In this document: one piece after another, positions 60,814 to 64,000 of the stretch | Layout: each line of letters starts with the position of its first letter | How positions within the stretch are numbered: position 1 is the stretch's first letter | Origin: Podarcis vaucheri | Taxonomy: Eukaryota | Length of the DNA stretch: 64,000 nucleotides | Assembly (NCBI GenBank): GCA_965113315.1 | Contig: OZ220373.1 | Reading direction: 5' to 3' (one strand) | The notes under the pieces: model-generated | Told to the model about the DNA's origin: nothing | Database searches by the model: none | Seen by the model: only the letters and a program-made list of their open reading frames with translations | Made by a program: the position numbers and the translations under genes

Positions 60814-61386
60814 TATTTGCTAATCACCAACCAAAGTAGGGGGTACAGAGCCAGCCCTCCTGCTGCTTAGGTTTGGGACTAGGAGATGGCCTCAAACCTG
60901 AATCCTGTAGCCCAAAAGGGCACAGCAGGTATAAACTAGCAGCAAGGAAGAAAAATGCCTTCTGCTTCCCCTTTTGCCATCTCAGTTGGCCAGAGAAGCA
61001 CCACAGGGCTCCTCTGACAGACTGGCTAGAATCCCAAACAGAAGCACTTTTAGGGACCAGGAGCTTGTGGCTGTCCATAAGAACGTACAGAGAGTCTGCC
61101 GAACCATCCTATTCTCACAGTGGCCAACCAGATGCCTGTGGGAAGCCAGCAGCAGGACTTGAGCAAAAGAGGTGTCTCCCCACAGTGGTTTCCAGTAACT
61201 GTTATTCAGAGGCCTTACTGCTTCCATCTTGCCGTATACTGTTGGCCCAAACTCTCATCATCACTGACCATTGGGCATGCTGGCTGGGGCTGATGGCAGT
61301 TGGAACCCAACACTTGGAGGGCCACAGATCCTCCATCCCTGACCTTTTAACGATAGTTTTCTGGTTGTTTCATGTAGTATTTGCAG

Positions 61387-61840
61387 GAGAGCCAGTGTGG
61401 CATAGTGGTTAGAGTGTTGGACTAGGACGTGGGCCATTGGGGTTCAAATCCCCCCTCACCCATGAAGCTCATTGAGAGACCTTGGGCCAGTTGCTCACTT
61501 TCAGTCTAGTCTACATCACAGGGTTGTTGTGAGGGTAAAATGGGGAGGAGGAGATTAAGTACAGTGGTACCTCGGGTTACATACGCTTCAGGTTACAGAC
61601 TCCGCTAACCCAGAAATAGTGCTTCAGGTTAAGAACTTTGCTTCAGGATAACAACAGAAATCGGGCTCCAGCAGCGTGGCAGCAGCAGGAGACCCCATTA
61701 GCTAAAGTGGTGCTTCAGGTTAAGAACAGTTTCAGGTTAAGTACGGACCTCCGGAACGAATTAAGTACTTAACCTGAGGTACCACTGTACACCATCTTCA
61801 GCTCCTTGGAAGAAAGATGGGATGTAAATGTAAATAATGC
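61387..61840 (+). mobile_element. tRNA-derived SINE interrupted by a MITE
   Basis: Similar to 9392..9633 on both sides of the 61562..61787 insertion. Confidence 0.75.
61562..61787 (-). mobile_element. MITE family A copy nested in a tRNA-derived SINE
   Basis: 226 bp, TA flanks, interrupts SINE 61387..61840. Confidence 0.88.
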
Positions 61841-62657
61841 TAATGCAACCTTCATTGGTCATCCACACCATCAAGAAGTGCATCAGGCATATGATAAAGT
61901 GCAGTGGTTTTTTTCTGGATTGCAGGGTAATGCTTATAGAGACAGGCCTATGGCAATCAGACTAATTCAAGTCTTGATATCGGGCACAGCAGTGTTATAA
62001 GTGGGGCGGGGGGGGAGTACTTTGCTGTTGCGTGTGAGCATAACTTACACCCAGATCAGGCACGCAGCCAAGGCTTTCCACATCCCTTGACTGATTTTTA
62101 CTAAGTAGTTCATGAGTTGTCTAAATACATGGGGTTTACAAAACCGCTTATAAAATATTTGTTGAAATAATTCAAGACTTCTCTGAACCTCTTGTCCCCT
62201 TCTCACCCTGAGCTTCCACTCACACTCTGCCGGTTTCCCTGAAACAGAGTTGAAGTGCAGTAGGCAAATCTAAGCATCTAGATCATGAACCAAGACCATA
62301 AAACCTGAAAGTTGGCCTATTTTTATTTAGATTAGTTTGGCTTTTGTTGTAAACAAATCTCTTGGAAGTGTTCAGCACATACTGTGCCCTCTATGCACTG
62401 GATGCAAAAAATTCAGGAAGAAGGAGTTAGATAAATTTGCTATAAATTGCTGCGGTGTTTTGCGGGCTTAATCTGAAACCAAGCTGGATTTGGGTTGGTG
62501 TCTCTGGTAATTTCTCTCTCTTACATCATGGATGTTGGCAAATTGGATTTTTAAAAGGCAAAATAATATTAGAATTTGAGTTGTCAGAGATGCACAAGGG
62601 AAAATATTTCAATGCTCAAGAACCTGGCAAAGTCTTTTATTAACACTATTGCCTAAG

Positions 62658-63035
62658 GGTAAAGGTAAAGGTAAAGGACCCCTGGACAGTTAAGTCCAGT
62701 CAGAGGCAACTATGGGGTTGTGGTGCTCATCTCGCTTTCAGGCCGAAGGAGCCAGCGTTTGTCCACAGACAGCTTTCCAGCTCATGTGGCCAGCATGACT
62801 AAACTGCTACTAGCACACACAGGATCATGACAGAAACCAGAGCGCACAGAAACACAGTTTACCTTTCCACTGCAGTGGTACCTGTTTATCTAACCTAGCT
62901 TTCGAACTGCTAGGTTGGCAGGAGCTGGGACAGAGCAACGGGAGCTCATCCTGTTGTGGGGATTCGAACCACTGACCTTCTGATCAGCAAGCCCAAGTGG
63001 CTCAGTGGTTTAGTCCACAGCACCACCTGTGTCCC
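62658..63035 (-). mobile_element. Sauria SINE, older CpG-decayed copy
   Basis: (GGTAAA)n tail, decayed head. Confidence 0.82.
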
Positions 63036-63339
63036 TTTTACCTTACTGTTGCCAATGCAAGTCTGTCATGGCCTTTGGCTAGAACAATAAACTTACAAAC
63101 TGATATTTAGAATGCTGATGTGTTTTTAGTTTATTGCTAGCTTATACTTTTTCTGAATGTTTTTAAAAAACTAATAAACTTGCAGTTTTATTCCTTTGTA
63201 AACTGTGTTGAGGTTTTCTACAACCAACCAGTCTATAAATTTTCTGAAATAAACAAATGCCTGTCATGGTTTGGTGAAGAATGGAATATAGGAGCCCCTG
63301 GTCCACTTCGCTCTTCACTGGCTGGGCTTCAGACAGACT

Positions 63340-63485
63340 CAGTGGCGTAGCGTGGGTTGTCAGCACCCGGGGCAAGGCAAGTAATTTGCGCCCCCTAACC
63401 CGTGGATTTACGCCCCCTAACCCTAACCCCCAGATGTTGCGCCCGGTGCGGCCGCCCCCCCCTGCACCCCCACGCTACGCCACTG
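63340..63485. mobile_element. hAT MITE, 146 bp
   Basis: Perfect 17-bp TIR CAGTGGCGTAGCGTGGG and perfect 8-bp TSD GACAGACT. Confidence 0.92.
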
Positions 63486-64000
63486 GACAGACTTCTCTCC
63501 CAGGCCTTCCTGGAGATGCTGGGGACTGAACCCACTGCACTGTGGCCCTTCCCCAGTCCAATTGTATGGAACTATCTGCATATTTGTGTCATTTGCCTCA
63601 CTTTTCAGACACTCGGCAATATTTCAGTGGGTCCTATGGAGCTTTCAGGTGACCTAGCAGCCCTACAGGTGGGGCATGGCTCAAAGGTGTGTGTCAGGGG
63701 TTCCTTGAATTTTTAAATGATTTTTTAAAGCTATCTGGATTATAAAGTTATTCCCCATAGTAGGCAGAGGGTAATATTGAACTTTCATTCATTTTCAAGA
63801 ATTCCACCTGTTGATAGAGTAGAATTTCTCTGATAAGTTTCTCTCCGTGATTGTCATTACTAAATTGGAACCAAAGGTTTTTAATCTTTTAAATAAAACA
63901 CATGACCACTATTAAGTGATAGCCAGCACCATCTGTTCATTGTACAAATGTAAAATAGCTGCCAGGTATTAATATTGTGTCAAGCAAGTGGAGATGAGTT

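Overview
This is vertebrate genomic DNA from a squamate reptile: Sauria SINEs are present, and a lacertid lizard is likely but inferred. The window covers the conserved OSTF1-NMRK1-CARNMT1-C9orf40 block, in the same order and relative orientation as human 9q21, where TRPM6 is the next gene. Exons were reconstructed by hand from GT-AG sites and remembered orthologue sequences. OSTF1 coding exons 1-2 lie on the minus strand, head-to-head with NMRK1 across a CpG island. NMRK1 (8 coding exons, 203 aa), CARNMT1 (8 exons, about 399 aa) and C9orf40 (2 exons, 213 aa) are complete on the plus strand. There is a 166-N assembly gap. Introns and intergenic DNA are dense in transposons: pogo/Tigger- and Tc2-type MITEs, hAT MITEs, a deleted Tc1, three SINE types, and L1, CR1 and RTE fragments. 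The most notable pattern is that several non-autonomous DNA transposons keep family-specific ends but carry different GC/CpG-rich, promoter-like interiors. The clearest case is the fourth 'CpG island' (56.4-57.2 kb), which lies entirely inside a hAT element with perfect TIRs and an 8-bp TSD. Most long ORFs in the supplied track are GC-rich or repeat artefacts.
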